DNA of 64,000 nt from an uncultured Hormoscilla sp. GTDB taxonomy: Bacteria > Cyanobacteriota > Cyanobacteriia > Cyanobacteriales > Desertifilaceae. Of this stretch, positions 9,401-20,558 are shown one piece after another (positions within the stretch are counted from its first letter, which is position 1; each line of letters opens with the position of its first letter). The stretch is from contig OZ001293.3 of assembly GCA_963921275.4 (NCBI GenBank), positions 5,472,001 to 5,536,000 on the forward strand. Direction: 5' to 3'. A program made the translations under genes and the position numbers. The notes below the pieces were generated by a model. That model was not told where the DNA came from. It saw nothing but the letters and a program-made list of their open reading frames with translations, and searched no databases.

Positions 9401-10855
9401 TTAAAAACTGCCAAAGCCTTTGTTCTTCTTGCTCTTTTTCTTTTTCTTCTTAGGAGTCCCGCCGCTGTAGCCCCGCCATCCCTGCTGGGGCCGTCCGCCC
9501 ATTCCACCTCCGGGCATTCCCCCCATTCCGGGCATTCCGGGCATTCCGGGAAAGCCCCCTCCCATGCTCATTTGCTGCATCATCGATCGCATGCGTTGGA
9601 ACTCACTTACAAGCTTGCTGACATCTGACTCAGAATGACCAGAACCAGAGGCGATCCGGCGTCTGCGGCCTGGAGAACTGGATAATAACTGTGGGTTGCG
9701 GCGTTCTTCTTTGGTCATGGAGTTGATCATCGCCTCCACCTGTTTCAGCCGCACTTCTCCCTGTTCCAGTTGATCGCCAGTCAGCTTATTCATGCCGGGA
9801 ATCAGCTTCATCACATTGCCGAAGGAACCCATATTCTTCAGCAGGCGCATCTGCTTGAGGAAGTCGGTGAAGTCAAACTTGGCCTCTAGAATCTTCTCCT
9901 GCATCTGCATGGCGTCTGCCAAGTCTACTTCTTCTTGGGCCTTTTCTACCAGGGTGAGCACGTCCCCCATGCCCAAGATCCGGGACGCCATGCGATCGGG
10001 ATAGAATGGCTGTAGTGCCTCCACCTTTTCCCCCACACCGACAAACTTGATCGGCTGACCGGAGATCCTGCGCACTGACAAAGCCGCACCACCACGACTA
10101 TCTCCATCCATTTTGGTCAAAATCGCCCCAGTAATGCCAATCTGTTCGTGGAAAGTCTGGGTCAGAGAAGCCGCCTCTTGCCCCGTCATGGCATCTACCA
10201 CTAACAGAGTTTCGTTGGGCTTGACATTTTCCTTTATTTGTGCTAACTCCCCCATCATCTCTTTGTCGATCTGGAGGCGTCCGGCAGTGTCGATAATCAC
10301 AGTATCGATGCCCGTGGCTTGGGCCTGTGCCACCCCTTGACGAGCTATTTCTACCGGGTCTGCATCCGAGCCCATTTCAAACACCGGCACATCGATTTGC
10401 TTTCCCAGGGTCACCAGTTGGTCGATCGCCGCTGGACGATAGACATCTGTAGCCACCAGAAGACAGGTGCGATTCGACTTGTGCAAGTGCAAAGCCAACT
10501 TAGCCGAGGCCGTAGTTTTCCCGGTGCCTTGCAAACCTGCCATGAGTATAATGGTCGGAGGGCTGTCAGCTCGAGCGAGGGGAGCATTAGTTTCTCCCAT
10601 CACCGCTACTAGCTCGTCGTAGACAATTTTGATAAACTGCTGGTCCGGACGAACGCCAGCGATAACTTCCGCCCCCTGGGCTTTAGTTTCGACTTCGGCG
10701 ATAAAATCTTTAACCACTTGCAGGTTAACATCCGCTTCCAGCAGGGCGCGACGGACTTCTCGCAAAGCCTCTTTAATGTTGGTCGCAGATATTTTGTCTT
10801 GTCCCCGGAGTTTTTTCCAGGCATCTTCTAGGCGATCGGCCAGGGCGTCAAACAT
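9401..10855 (-). CDS. ffh: Signal recognition particle protein
   Basis: ALLEADV, GLQGTGKTT, DTAGR, TKMDGDSRGGAALS, Met-rich M domain. Confidence 0.99.
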   Translation of the reverse strand: MFDALADRLEDAWKKLRGQDKISATNIKEALREVRRALLEADVNLQVVKDFIAEVETKAQGAEVIAGVRPDQQFIKIVYDELVAVMGETNAPLARADSPPTIILMAGLQGTGKTTASAKLALHLHKSNRTCLLVATDVYRPAAIDQLVTLGKQIDVPVFEMGSDADPVEIARQGVAQAQATGIDTVIIDTAGRLQIDKEMMGELAQIKENVKPNETLLVVDAMTGQEAASLTQTFHEQIGITGAILTKMDGDSRGGAALSVRRISGQPIKFVGVGEKVEALQPFYPDRMASRILGMGDVLTLVEKAQEEVDLADAMQMQEKILEAKFDFTDFLKQMRLLKNMGSFGNVMKLIPGMNKLTGDQLEQGEVRLKQVEAMINSMTKEERRNPQLLSSSPGRRRRIASGSGHSESDVSKLVSEFQRMRSMMQQMSMGGGFPGMPGMPGMGGMPGGGMGGRPQQGWRGYSGGTPKKKKKKSKKNKGFGSF

Positions 10856-10913
10856 AATCGGATATGGCGTACTATTCTTTTGATGTTACCACAAGTCCAT
10901 GAGCTTGCCTGTA

Positions 10914-11540
10914 CTAATCCCACCAAGCTCTGAGGTAATATGGATCCAGGTCTAGTTCGTCTGGATCGCCGACAAATTCCTGGAACTCCACAATCAACTG
11001 ATGGGGGCAACTGCCATTAAATAGAATACCATCAATGCTGACGCGATAATCTCCACGGTCTGGACTAACTGCGTAACCCTCAAAACTGAAATTAAACCCC
11101 TTCGCAGCTTGTTGCTGGCCGAATTCCAGAAATTCCCTAATTGTGGGAGAGTTATTATGTCCTGCTGCTGGGTCGGCAAATCTTTGGGCAATCAGCTGTT
11201 GCAATTTTTCTACACTCAAATTGGTGAAATTCTTGACTCCACCGTAGGTTTCTCCCCATTGAACCGGAGCCCCAAATATCATCCGATCTCTGGTGTCACT
11301 ATAGGTATTGTAGATAAAATTCCGTCTGACCTCTGCTGGCGGATGGTTCCTCTGGGTTCTGCGGTGGTAAGGTCGAGCATTGATTTGCAGTTCTTCCGGT
11401 TTTACTCCTTGATTGAGGTAATAAAGCCTAATTGCCTCCATCCTCAAGAGGGGTGAATTTTCTAAGCATTCGTCCAAGTTGGGGCAGTTATATATTATCC
11501 CCGTCATGGATTTACAGTCAAGTTGCATTGGACAGAACAT
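10914..11540 (-). CDS. Hypothetical protein
   Basis: 208-aa ORF ending LRAWWD; no recognised motif. Confidence 0.55.
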   Translation of the reverse strand: MFCPMQLDCKSMTGIIYNCPNLDECLENSPLLRMEAIRLYYLNQGVKPEELQINARPYHRRTQRNHPPAEVRRNFIYNTYSDTRDRMIFGAPVQWGETYGGVKNFTNLSVEKLQQLIAQRFADPAAGHNNSPTIREFLEFGQQQAAKGFNFSFEGYAVSPDRGDYRVSIDGILFNGSCPHQLIVEFQEFVGDPDELDLDPYYLRAWWD

Positions 11541-11853
11541 TGGATTTTATGTTGATGATAGAATTCAAGGTCGTGACACGGTCATTTCATCGTGCGGGTG
11601 GCTTAGCCGCTAGACCCGTTCTCTGGTCCGCAGCAGGTCGGTCTCTATAATATCATTATATAGGATCTTGTCCTGGGCTGATTATCTCCCCTCTTTACTT
11701 GCTGCCAGCACTGGTTACCCTCTGCCCGATCGGGCTTGGCTCTGGGAAGGTCTAGGTATGGTATAATGCCGCCACTGCTGCCTGACTCTTGGCAGGGGGT
11801 AGATTTTGACAGATCTTTGGTATAATCTAGGGTAAACAAGCACAGATATTCAT

Positions 11854-12143
11854 ATGTCTTCGGAAACAACTTCACCAAACAGCTTGGTGCAGATGCAGTC
11901 GATGAGGCGATCGGCCAAGGACTCGACCTGGACGGTTCGGCCATTCCCCCTGCTAAACTGGAACTGTATCATAAAGTGATGGCCTTGGAGGCGGGCAGGC
12001 AGCGCAGTGGGGTTTCCAATACCATGCGATCGCGCATTGTCACGGGGGCGAAGCACATCGGGCAAGCGGAACTGAATCAAATGCTTCTGGACGCAGACTT
12101 TGCGAAAGACAAGGAAATTGCTTTCTACTATGGCGGCAAGTAG
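11854..12143 (+). pseudogene. DUF4090-family cyanobacterial protein, frameshifted near N-terminus
   Basis: Manual translation GADAVDEAIGQGLDLDGSAIPPAKLELYHKVMALEAGRQRSGVSNTMRSRIV..KEIAFYY; ATG at 11854 is out of frame with it. Confidence 0.7.
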
Positions 12144-12252
12144 GATATAAATGGAGAATGGAGAATTGCCTCATTCTCCATTCTCTCCTCGTTCCCTGGC
12201 TCCGGGAACGCCAGCGGCACTTTTGTTAGATTTTTTAGATAGGGTAAAAAAT

Positions 12253-13280
12253 CTGGCTCGTAAGGTTGGCATAGAAGGACTATACTACATAACTCATTTT
12301 GGCAATGTTGTTTCAATTTTGCAAAATGGTATTCTATCTCACGATCTGGTTGAAAAGAAAAAAATTAACTTTACCCCAATTTATAATAGAGAGATTGTCA
12401 ATCTGCGTTCGACGAAGGTTGTTCAAGGAGATAAAACTTTATGGAATTTTGCCAATCTTTATTTTCAACCTCGAAATCCAATGCTATATTCATTGAAAGA
12501 TATAAGAAATGAAATAGCAATTCTTTGTATAAAAAGAAATATTCTGGATCGACAGAATATTTTGATCGCAACTGGAAATGCTGCACATAGAAATTATAAG
12601 ATACTTCCTATAAAAGAAGGTAAACAATATTTATCTAAGATTAGGGATGAAATTGATAAAGAATGGTGGAACGCAGAAGATGGATCTCAAAGAAAAATAA
12701 TGGCTGAATGCTTGGTGCCTGAATTTGTACCAGCAAAGTTTATACATTCTATTTATGTAGCTCATGATGAAGCCAGAAAAAATTAGAAAAAGTCATCATT
12801 GACTCAGGTATTTCAAACAGTCCTGAACTTGTTGTTGAACCTAAAAGTTCTTTTTGGACGATTGGAGAGCCTCTTTAACTAGCAATATAGATATGATTCG
12901 GGGCGATATGTTTTTTTCAGATAAACAAACTCTGACTATTAGTGTTAACTGTGTTGGAGCTATGGGAAGAGGACTTGCATCGACAGCAAAATACCGTTTT
13001 CCCGATCTTTATGTTAAATATCAAGATGCGTGCAAACATAATGATTTACAAATAGGAAAACCATTTCTTTATAAACGCGAATCATCCATTTTTAAGGAAC
13101 TAGGGTATAGAATCTCTGGCTTTGCCCGCCCTGGGATGTGGTTTAGGTCAGTTGGAGTGGCAGGATGTTGGTCCTTTAATGTGTAAGTATATAACCGCAA
13201 TGGATATTCCTGTTGCTATATATTTGCCTGGGGATAGGGAACTGTCAAAAGATCTACTATCTCCAAAGTTTTTGCTATAG
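12253..13280 (+). pseudogene. darT: DarT (DUF4433) DNA ADP-ribosyltransferase joined to DarG-type macrodomain; fragmented
   Basis: LYYITH..NVVSILQNGIL, YFQPRNPMLY, GNAA, AECLV; then GDMF, VNCVGAMGRGLA and ALPALGCGLGQLEW across frameshifts. Confidence 0.8.
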
Positions 13281-13354
13281 CCCAGAAACCAGGTTTTGAC
13301 AAAAAACCTGGTTTCTTAATTTGCATTTGTTCTCGGATAGTTAAGATGCCCGTT

Positions 13355-13921
13355 CTACGCCGATCGCCAGTATTGCGTTCCCCACTGACGCTGTTGCAGT
13401 TGATGCATGTGATTGAACAATTTCCAGCAATACTCCTCCGAGAGTCCGCAGGTAACCGCACCCCGCATCACGACATGGAAATACCAGTCGTTGGGGGCCA
13501 GTTCTTGTGGCAGTTTCTGCACCACGACATAGGTCCGCACGTCTTCATATATCTGCCCGCCACATTCTACCGCGATCGCTTCCCGTAGATAGCCGTTACG
13601 GGGAATTTCTTCCCTTTCGTCCAGGCGATCGCTGAGTCGCCAGGGCAGCTGATAAAGCACGCCTTCCACATGGGAAGTGGGGTCTGGTACGATATCGAGG
13701 GCACCACATTGGCGACGAAGGGAACGGCGACTAAAGCGCAGTCGATAGCCTGACACTTTTCCTGGACCAATTACATAACTATGGGTATCTTCTGAGAAGG
13801 TGCGCTTTAAGTCTACTGGGCACATACAGGAACCATAGGCAAAGTAGTAGAATGTTGGCTCACTCATCAATTGAGCTACTTTTCTTTGTGAAGCGTGCAG
13901 TTGTTCAGTATGAATACTCAT
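13355..13921 (-). CDS. Gamma-glutamylcyclotransferase family protein
   Basis: YFAYGSCM, VEGVLY, LDERE. Confidence 0.88.
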   Translation of the reverse strand: MSIHTEQLHASQRKVAQLMSEPTFYYFAYGSCMCPVDLKRTFSEDTHSYVIGPGKVSGYRLRFSRRSLRRQCGALDIVPDPTSHVEGVLYQLPWRLSDRLDEREEIPRNGYLREAIAVECGGQIYEDVRTYVVVQKLPQELAPNDWYFHVVMRGAVTCGLSEEYCWKLFNHMHQLQQRQWGTQYWRSA

Positions 13922-14043
13922 GAATCTCTCTCCGTGCTAACTTGCATCTTATCAGAGTATTACTGACTATCTAGAAATAACAGTATCCTAATAGACAAAG
14001 CAGAGATTGAAAATCAATCAATCTCTGTTAAGAAATGTAAACG

Positions 14044-14190
14044 GTTTGTAGTAAGCACTTTAGTGCTTCCGAGGTTTGTAGTAAGCACTAAAGTGCTGCC
14101 CCCGTTTGTAGTAAGCACTTTAGTGCTGCCGAGGTTTGTAGTAAGCACTTTAGTGCTGCCCCCGTTTGTAGTAAGCACTTTAGTGCTTCC
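14044..14190. repeat. Five tandem 30-bp units with internal palindrome AGCAC-TTTA-GTGCT
   Basis: GTTTGTAGTAAGCACTTTAGTGCT plus 6 nt; single copy near 38778, related copy near 63548. Confidence 0.9.
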
Positions 14191-14217
14191 CCGCCTCCCG
14201 GGTTTGGGGTAGGATCT

Positions 14218-14599
14218 TCATTGTTCATATATTTCCAGGGGCAAGTCATCTGGATCCTTAAAGAAAGTAAACCGCTTGCCTGTAATTTCATCAAGTCTGA
14301 TTTCTTCTACGGCCACTCCCTGAGATTTTAAGTGCTCAACTGTGGCATCGAGATTTTCGACGGCAAAAGCTAAATGTCTGAGTCCACAAGCTTCTGGGTT
14401 ATTTGTGGGGCGGGTTGGGAAATGAAAACAGTTCAATTTGGTCGCCTGGGCCCACGCGCAGATCTAACTTGTAAGAGTTGCGCTCTTTTCTGAAGGTTTC
14501 TTGGATAATGGAGAAACCGAGAACTTCCACATAGAAGTGTTTTGATTTTTCATAGTTAGAGCAGATGATGGCGACATGATGGATGCCTGTAATTTTCAT
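14218..14599 (-). pseudogene. VOC/glyoxalase family protein, frameshifted near 14410
   Basis: IHHVAIICSNYEKSKHFY..SYKLDL..IELFSFP, then PEACGLRHLAF..FFKDPDDLPLEIYE in another frame. Confidence 0.85.
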
Positions 14600-14605
14600 G
14601 GGTCT

Positions 14606-15476
14606 GTGCGATTCGTTCTAGCCTAACGTGGTCAAACACGGAACGCTAGCCCGGTTTCATTAGCCGGGAACTCTGACCGCATGGGGGTTAAATTCCCCTC
14701 CCCCCAGGTACGGGGGTGATACCGGTCCTCGGTGCTACGAAGCGACATCATCGTGGTGCTAAGCGAGGACTCAAATGTAGGATAACTGGCAGCCTAAGCC
14801 GGTGACGCCGCTAGGAAAGATATCCAAGGTTAGAGCAGGCAAACATGTGCAAGCCTCGTTATAAGGAACCAGCGAAATAAGGCTATATGCGCTGGCCTAA
14901 AAAGGAAATGGTAGCTAGTATTAGTTTTAGACTCTGGCTAATATAGTACTCAAATAGCTCCCGGGGTATAGTGTGGACCTAAAGGTATCGCGAAATGTTG
15001 TTAGGGAACGAAGTAACCTCTCGTGTGCTGTCCATCAGGACAAGTTAGATGTTAAGCGCAAGCCACGGGGGGAGGGATGGCCCAAGAAGCGAATGCCCGG
15101 GGTAATTCCTGGGATAACATCTACAGTAATGTAGATGATGCTGGGTAGCCAGCGCTGACGTGGGTCGGTGATACTAGGAAGCTGCTGGAATGAGTAATCC
15201 TAAAAAGCCACGGAACTAATCCGAAACGCAAGTGGAGGATAAGGTATGGATAACTGGTAAAACTGACTTGAAAATGGTGATACTAACGGTTATCAGAACA
15301 ACCACTCGCTAAACCAGGAAAGGGAAGAAAAGACAGGCGGCAAGGGCTAACGGAAGTAATTCCTATTAAGTCTACCTATGAAAAGGGCCTAGTACCCAGT
15401 AGCCGGATGCGGTGAAAATCGCAAGTCCGGTTCCTCAAGGGAGGGTCGGGAAGCGATTCCCGGCTCGACCCCATCC
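14606..15476 (+). mobile_element. ORF-less group II intron, copy 2 (871 nt)
   Basis: GTGCGATTCG start, DV/DVI; identity with copy 1 ends after CCCCATCC; EBS1 AGACUC pairs with exon GGGUCU. Confidence 0.92.
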
Positions 15477-15742
15477 AGACCTGGTAAAGGTGATTATATG
15501 ATATACTAAGGGAACTGGAAAAGCTTGCTGCGGGCATATTCGCACCGTTTCCCGTCACCGGAGGTAGGGCCTCCTGGTAGCGCAGCGTGTTACCAGCGGG
15601 ACACGCTCGCTTGAGAGACACTAGAGAATATTTTATCGCCTAGAGGACATTCTGACCCATGGATGAGGAAAGTCGTACTCCCAGAATTACGAAATCAGCA
15701 GCAGTATATCTGTAGCTATATATTGATAACATTATTACTTGG

Positions 15743-16372
15743 GTGCGATTCAACAAAATGGATAAATTTGCTCAAGATAAAGATTTGTCTTTATTGCCAG
15801 AACAAATACTCCAAGAACTGGAGAACTCGATCCTTCTTGAATCCCAAATAACTGGCAATCCTTGGGTTAAGGCAACTAGACTCAGGGAATTATTTTATAA
15901 TAAGTATGGAGCAACACTTGAACAGGAGATAAAATTGAACGGCTATAGCGACAGTTTAGAAAACTTTCTCAAAAGTATTAGCCAACGGTTTTCAATTTAT
16001 AACCATCCAAATCCTCAAGAGTTTTATGTAGCTTTTTTGCATGACATAGTTCCTGATTGTCAAGAGTCACAGTCAACTGCAACATCTTACGAGAGTCAAG
16101 AAGCTGAGGGGAGTGAAGAGAGCCCAAACACCTATTCATCCGAAAATATTATAATAACAGCCTCAGAATATCAACCTAAATTAGTTTCAGAAATTAAATC
16201 TGTAAATGATTTAGAGTCTGTTTTGATAGAGATTATTAAAAGTTTGACGGCAAATAATTCTCAATTAATTGTGACAATTGCAGTACTGAGCCAAAAGTTT
16301 TACTATTATTATGGGCAACCAATACGGGGAAACCAATACGGGGAATTAGACGTAGCTTATGCCCTGACATGA
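15743..16372 (+). CDS. Hypothetical low-GC protein, probably 3'-truncated
   Basis: 209-aa ORF with two similar helical segments (LFYNKYG, KFYYYYG). Confidence 0.45.
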   Translation: MRFNKMDKFAQDKDLSLLPEQILQELENSILLESQITGNPWVKATRLRELFYNKYGATLEQEIKLNGYSDSLENFLKSISQRFSIYNHPNPQEFYVAFLHDIVPDCQESQSTATSYESQEAEGSEESPNTYSSENIIITASEYQPKLVSEIKSVNDLESVLIEIIKSLTANNSQLIVTIAVLSQKFYYYYGQPIRGNQYGELDVAYALT

Positions 16373-16383
16373 CATTGATTGAG

Positions 16384-16977
16384 TTACTTTCGACTATTCC
16401 TTGCCTCCATGTTGAAGAAGTGGATGATGATTGGCAGATTACTGTAAACGATCGTTAGCTCATTACCAATAACTTCCCTACCCCTTAGCTTGCATCGCGC
16501 CCAGATGTCGGTCGCGGCACCCGTTCGCGTAGGCGTAGCCGTGTGCGCGCAGCGCAATCGCTCCGGGGCATGATTATAATGTACAGGCAAAAACATCTTT
16601 AGGGATGCAAGCGGGCGGGGCGATCGATATGATATCATAACCAATAACTTCTCTACCGCAATGGGAGAGCCCTCGGCATCTTCTAACCGCCTCCCTTGAC
16701 GTTTTAACTCTGCATGTATTTCTGATGCTTTTTCCAAAACCTCTATCTCGTTTAACACCGGTAAAACTTGATATTTTCTGCAAAAGAACTCGAAGTCCAA
16801 TAGCTTTCTCGTCGCATTGGTCGCCGGCAATCCTCTTTTTATCTCATAGTATGTAATGCCACTGATAAACATTGACATACCTTGCCGCCGCACTTGCTCC
16901 ATTTTTTGGTCGATCTTCTCATTCTTCCTTAAAATCGCCGAGACGATATTTGTATCCAACAGATAACTCTTACTCAT
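16384..16977 (-). pseudogene. VapC-type PIN toxin, C-terminus replaced by unrelated sequence
   Basis: YLLDTNIVS..SGITYYEIKRG..RLEDA, then similarity is lost. Confidence 0.7.
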
Positions 16978-17614
16978 GCCATTTTCACCATCTTTGCCTG
17001 AATACTTCATCAGATGCATATACTTCACTCACGCGATTGCGCTGCGCGCTACGCGAACAGCACAGTTAAAGTCACACAGCATTACCATCTATTTTCCACT
17101 GCGGCATCAAATATTTCTAGTTCTTCTGGTGTCAGATCGTTTAACGTGCCCGAAACTGCATAGAGAGTCAGAATACTATCTATTCTCTCTCTTATATCTT
17201 CATCGCCAATCTCTTTTAATTATTCCGTCGAAAATTCATCAAACACCTCGATCATACGCTCGCTCGTTTCATCTCTATCCAATCTCTCCTGGTAGAAGCT
17301 CTCGGAAGCAATCAATTTCTCTGTCATCTCCGATATCCGGGCGATCGCATCCTCTTTCTCTATCGCTACTTTTACCATAATTTACCTCCTAGTTTTTGAG
17401 TTACTCGCTTCTCTTTTATTCTCCCATATCATTAGCTTTAATTTTCTAGTTTATCGATAACCAGTTCCCCATCAGTCACTTTTCCATTAGCAATTTGTTG
17501 CACATTTTTGGGATGATAGCAGCCAATGGTTGAAAATTGCACTTTGGCTAATTGAAAAGAGTAAATCCATCTATTCATGACAAGATTATGACTATCGAGA
17601 TTAACCATTGAGTA

Positions 17615-17845
17615 TTAGCCATTAGCAGCCCTTATCATCCCGTAATTGTGCAACCCCGCAATTTGTTCTGTCCCGATCGCGATCTTAGCGCGGAGTTCTT
17701 CCAGTCGCCGTTCGTCGTCAGCCCGATCGCGTTCTGAAAGCAGTCGCAGGGCTTCGAGCACCACTTCGTTTGCGGTGGAGTAGCGACCCCTTTCCACTTG
17801 CTCTGCGATCGCCCGTTCCGTTTCTGGAGTTAGCAATAGCGTCAT
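17615..17845 (-). pseudogene. ParD-like antitoxin, truncated
   Basis: QVERGRYSTANEVVLEALRLL..LEELRAKIAIG. Confidence 0.7.
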
Positions 17846-17957
17846 AACTACCTCTATAATTTCAACATGTTTCCCGTTCAACTTTGCGAGCAAGTAATCG
17901 ATCACGTAAACCTTGCGGATCGAACTTAGCCTCGTTCATCCTCCGAACTTCTTGGGC

Positions 17958-18194
17958 TTACTGCTGCCGTTGCTGTAAGTAGGCTTCCACTTCTTGCTGA
18001 TGGTTGAGATAGAAGGCAATTGTCCCGTAAACATCAGCCAGCTTCAGCGACGGATAGCGATAAACAATTTCTTCTGCCGTTGTTCCTTGTTTGAATACCG
18101 CAACTATCGTGTCAAGGGTTACGCGATTTTTGCCTACCCGAACCACATGCCGTAATTTTTAGTGGTGCAGGTTCAGCTACAATTGCGAGTACCA
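17958..18194 (-). pseudogene. DUF433 protein fragment
   Basis: RVGKNRVTLDTIV..GTTAEEIVYRYPSLKLADVYGTIAFYL. Confidence 0.75.
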
Positions 18195-18313
18195 TAAGCA
18201 ATACCAATACATCATAATTTTGCTGCTATCCGACTGGTGAATTAAGAAACTCGGTTGTTTCGTAAAAACCGGGTTTCTAAGTTAACATCTGGTGGGCAGT
18301 GCCCACCCTACAG

Positions 18314-18547
18314 GGAATGTCACTGATTTAAGCTGAAATCTCCTAGAAGTCATTGCGAGGGGGGGGGAACGTAGCGGTTAACTTATACTTTATGAGTTAA
18401 CCCCCCCCCGAAGCAATCTCCCCAGCAACAGCTCCCCAGGAGATTGCTTCGGGGGGGGGATGCTAATGCAAGATGATGATTTTTCGCTTTGGCACCCCCC
18501 CCTCGCAATGACATTAACAACTTTGTTCCTTAAGTCAGTGCCATTCC
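18314..18547. mobile_element. MITE (234 bp) with 9-bp target duplication ACCCTACAG
   Basis: TIRs GGAATGTCACTGATTTAAG / CTTAAGTCAGTGCCATTCC; ACCCTACAG at 18305-18313 and 18548-18556. Confidence 0.8.
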
Positions 18548-18550
18548 ACC

Positions 18551-19219
18551 CTACAGCTTAAATGCTGCTCCAAAACTCTCGCCGTAGAAGACTTTATCCA
18601 ACCCAAAGCGTCCGCCATACAGCTTCAAGGGTTCCTGAGCATAACCCAAAGGTAACAGACAGCAGACATCTACTTCCGCCGGAATATTAAACGCTTCCTT
18701 TACCTGTGCTGCCACAAACCCTTCCATCGGACAGCTGTCAACGCCAAAGCTTTTCGCCACAATCATGATATGGGCAACCGCTAGCATTGTATGGCGATTT
18801 GTCCAAGCTTCTATCGACTCAAAGCAGGGGTGATTCTCAAATAGCTGGGGAATAGCAGAGCGCATAGCATCAGCATACTTATCATTCACCGCACCAGTTT
18901 CTTTCCCCAGGGCGATCGTCTCTTCAATATACTCGCTGCTGTTCGCCCGCCGATCGCCACAGCAGATCAGCACTACAGGTGCTTCCGTTACCTGACGCTG
19001 GTTGAAGGCACAGGCGCTCAGCTTTTCCTTATTCTGTGGCTCCCTGACTACCACAAAACGCCAGGGTTGTAAATTGAATCCAGAAGGCGATCGCACCCCC
19101 AAGCGCAGAATTTCTGTTAAAGTATCTTGGGGAATAGGATCCGGGCGGAAAGAACGAGCCGCACGCCGCTGCTCGATCGCCTCTTGTAAGCTAATTGCAG
19201 GCTGTTGTGTCATAATCAC
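18551..19219 (-). CDS. Nitroreductase family protein
   Basis: RRAARSF, SPSGFNLQPWRF, SCPMEGF. Confidence 0.93.
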   Translation of the reverse strand: MIMTQQPAISLQEAIEQRRAARSFRPDPIPQDTLTEILRLGVRSPSGFNLQPWRFVVVREPQNKEKLSACAFNQRQVTEAPVVLICCGDRRANSSEYIEETIALGKETGAVNDKYADAMRSAIPQLFENHPCFESIEAWTNRHTMLAVAHIMIVAKSFGVDSCPMEGFVAAQVKEAFNIPAEVDVCCLLPLGYAQEPLKLYGGRFGLDKVFYGESFGAAFKL

Positions 19220-19225
19220 TCCAAC

Positions 19226-20209
19226 TCAGTCTAAACCTAGTTCGCGCTTCAGCCGTTCGATCGACTGAGAATCGATATAATTCTCGCAGGGATAGATCCG
19301 AGGAGCACGAATAATGTCCTCTCTGGCAGCGGCCACCGCAGCCTTGACCGCATCATAACTCACCATATCAGTAACGATCGCTTGCGCAGCGCGCACTATA
19401 GCATCTAGTTTATAGTTATCTTGGGGCTGAGCCTTCATCACATAGATCTCATCTCCCCTGAGACTATTAATGATCACCTCTGTGGCTCGCAGCACGCCAG
19501 CACTAAGGCAGACGATCCCAAAACAGGTGTCCTTGGGCAAGCTTTTGACCAGCTTAATTTCTTCAGCATAGTCATAGATATCCACCGGAATTACCCGCAC
19601 CGATTGGGGAGCCGCCTGTTTCTGGGCTTCTCCAATAAAATACTTGTTAGTGACCACAGTAGCAGAGGAAATCCGCTCTAGCACCTCAGCCAGATCCTCT
19701 AAAGGCACCAGTTGCACCGGTATTCGCAGGTCTTGTTCCAATTCCTGGGTCATCAACTCCCCGACACCGAGATCATGACGCGGTGCAGTCACCAGTACCC
19801 GAGCACTAGAACGCAAGCGCCAGTCAATTTCTGCCAAAAATAACTCTCTGGCTTCATTGAGAGAGCAACCTTGCCCGAGCAGCTCATTTAAGCTCTGTTG
19901 CACCACCTTTTCAGCATCTGGGTATTTTTCCAACAGATAAGACTTGTGTGACGCTTTTCCGTCCAGTCCTTCGGCCCGCACGAAAATCCCAGAACCCGCT
20001 TGCGCTTCCACTAAACCAGTTTCTTCTAACTGTCGATACACCTTGTTTACCGTGTTGCGGTGCAAACCAGTCTGCATCGCTAGAGCTCGGGTGCTGGGGA
20101 GCCGGTGGCCCGGGGGATATTGCCTGGAGGCGATCACGAACCGGATTTGATTAAACAGCTGGTTGGATGCGGGGATGTCACTATCTTGCTGAATCTGAAA
20201 CTGCACCAT
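19226..20209 (-). CDS. plmA: GntR family regulator PlmA
   Basis: RLPSTRALAMQTGLHRNTV HTH plus cyanobacterial PlmA C-terminus; start set to MVQF. Confidence 0.88.
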   Translation of the reverse strand: MVQFQIQQDSDIPASNQLFNQIRFVIASRQYPPGHRLPSTRALAMQTGLHRNTVNKVYRQLEETGLVEAQAGSGIFVRAEGLDGKASHKSYLLEKYPDAEKVVQQSLNELLGQGCSLNEARELFLAEIDWRLRSSARVLVTAPRHDLGVGELMTQELEQDLRIPVQLVPLEDLAEVLERISSATVVTNKYFIGEAQKQAAPQSVRVIPVDIYDYAEEIKLVKSLPKDTCFGIVCLSAGVLRATEVIINSLRGDEIYVMKAQPQDNYKLDAIVRAAQAIVTDMVSYDAVKAAVAAAREDIIRAPRIYPCENYIDSQSIERLKRELGLD

Positions 20210-20266
20210 TCGATAACCTCCAGGCTGGCTGAGAGAGTAATTATGTCTATAGAAAAATGGCACCTA

Positions 20267-20445
20267 GTAAGCTGTCCGGAGCGAGGGGGGGCCAAACTGC
20301 AATTATTGGCAGCACCCACCGGAGTTCCCCCCGAAGCAATCTCCTGGCTACCCGATGTAAGCTGTCCGGAGCGAGGGGGCCAAACTGCAATTATTGGCAG
20401 CACCCATCGGAGTTCCCCCCGAAGCAATCTCCTGGCTACCCGATG
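20267..20445. repeat. Tandem duplication of a ~90-bp GCGAGGGGG..CCCCCGAAGCAATCTC repeat unit
   Basis: Two near-identical units; the motif family recurs near 6615-6912, 18349-18512, 29136-29205 and 52571. Confidence 0.8.
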
Positions 20446-20558
20446 AGCTTGGTCAGTGCTATTAGTCTATAAAATAATTATGCCTTTTCTGCTGCATGGA
20501 TAGAGTTTTCCTAGCGAGCGCGATAAAATCGATCTAGTCAAACTCGCGCACCAGACCG

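Noticed and set aside
14044..14190. CRISPR array
   Set aside because: Linkers are only ~6 nt and repeat; no cas genes
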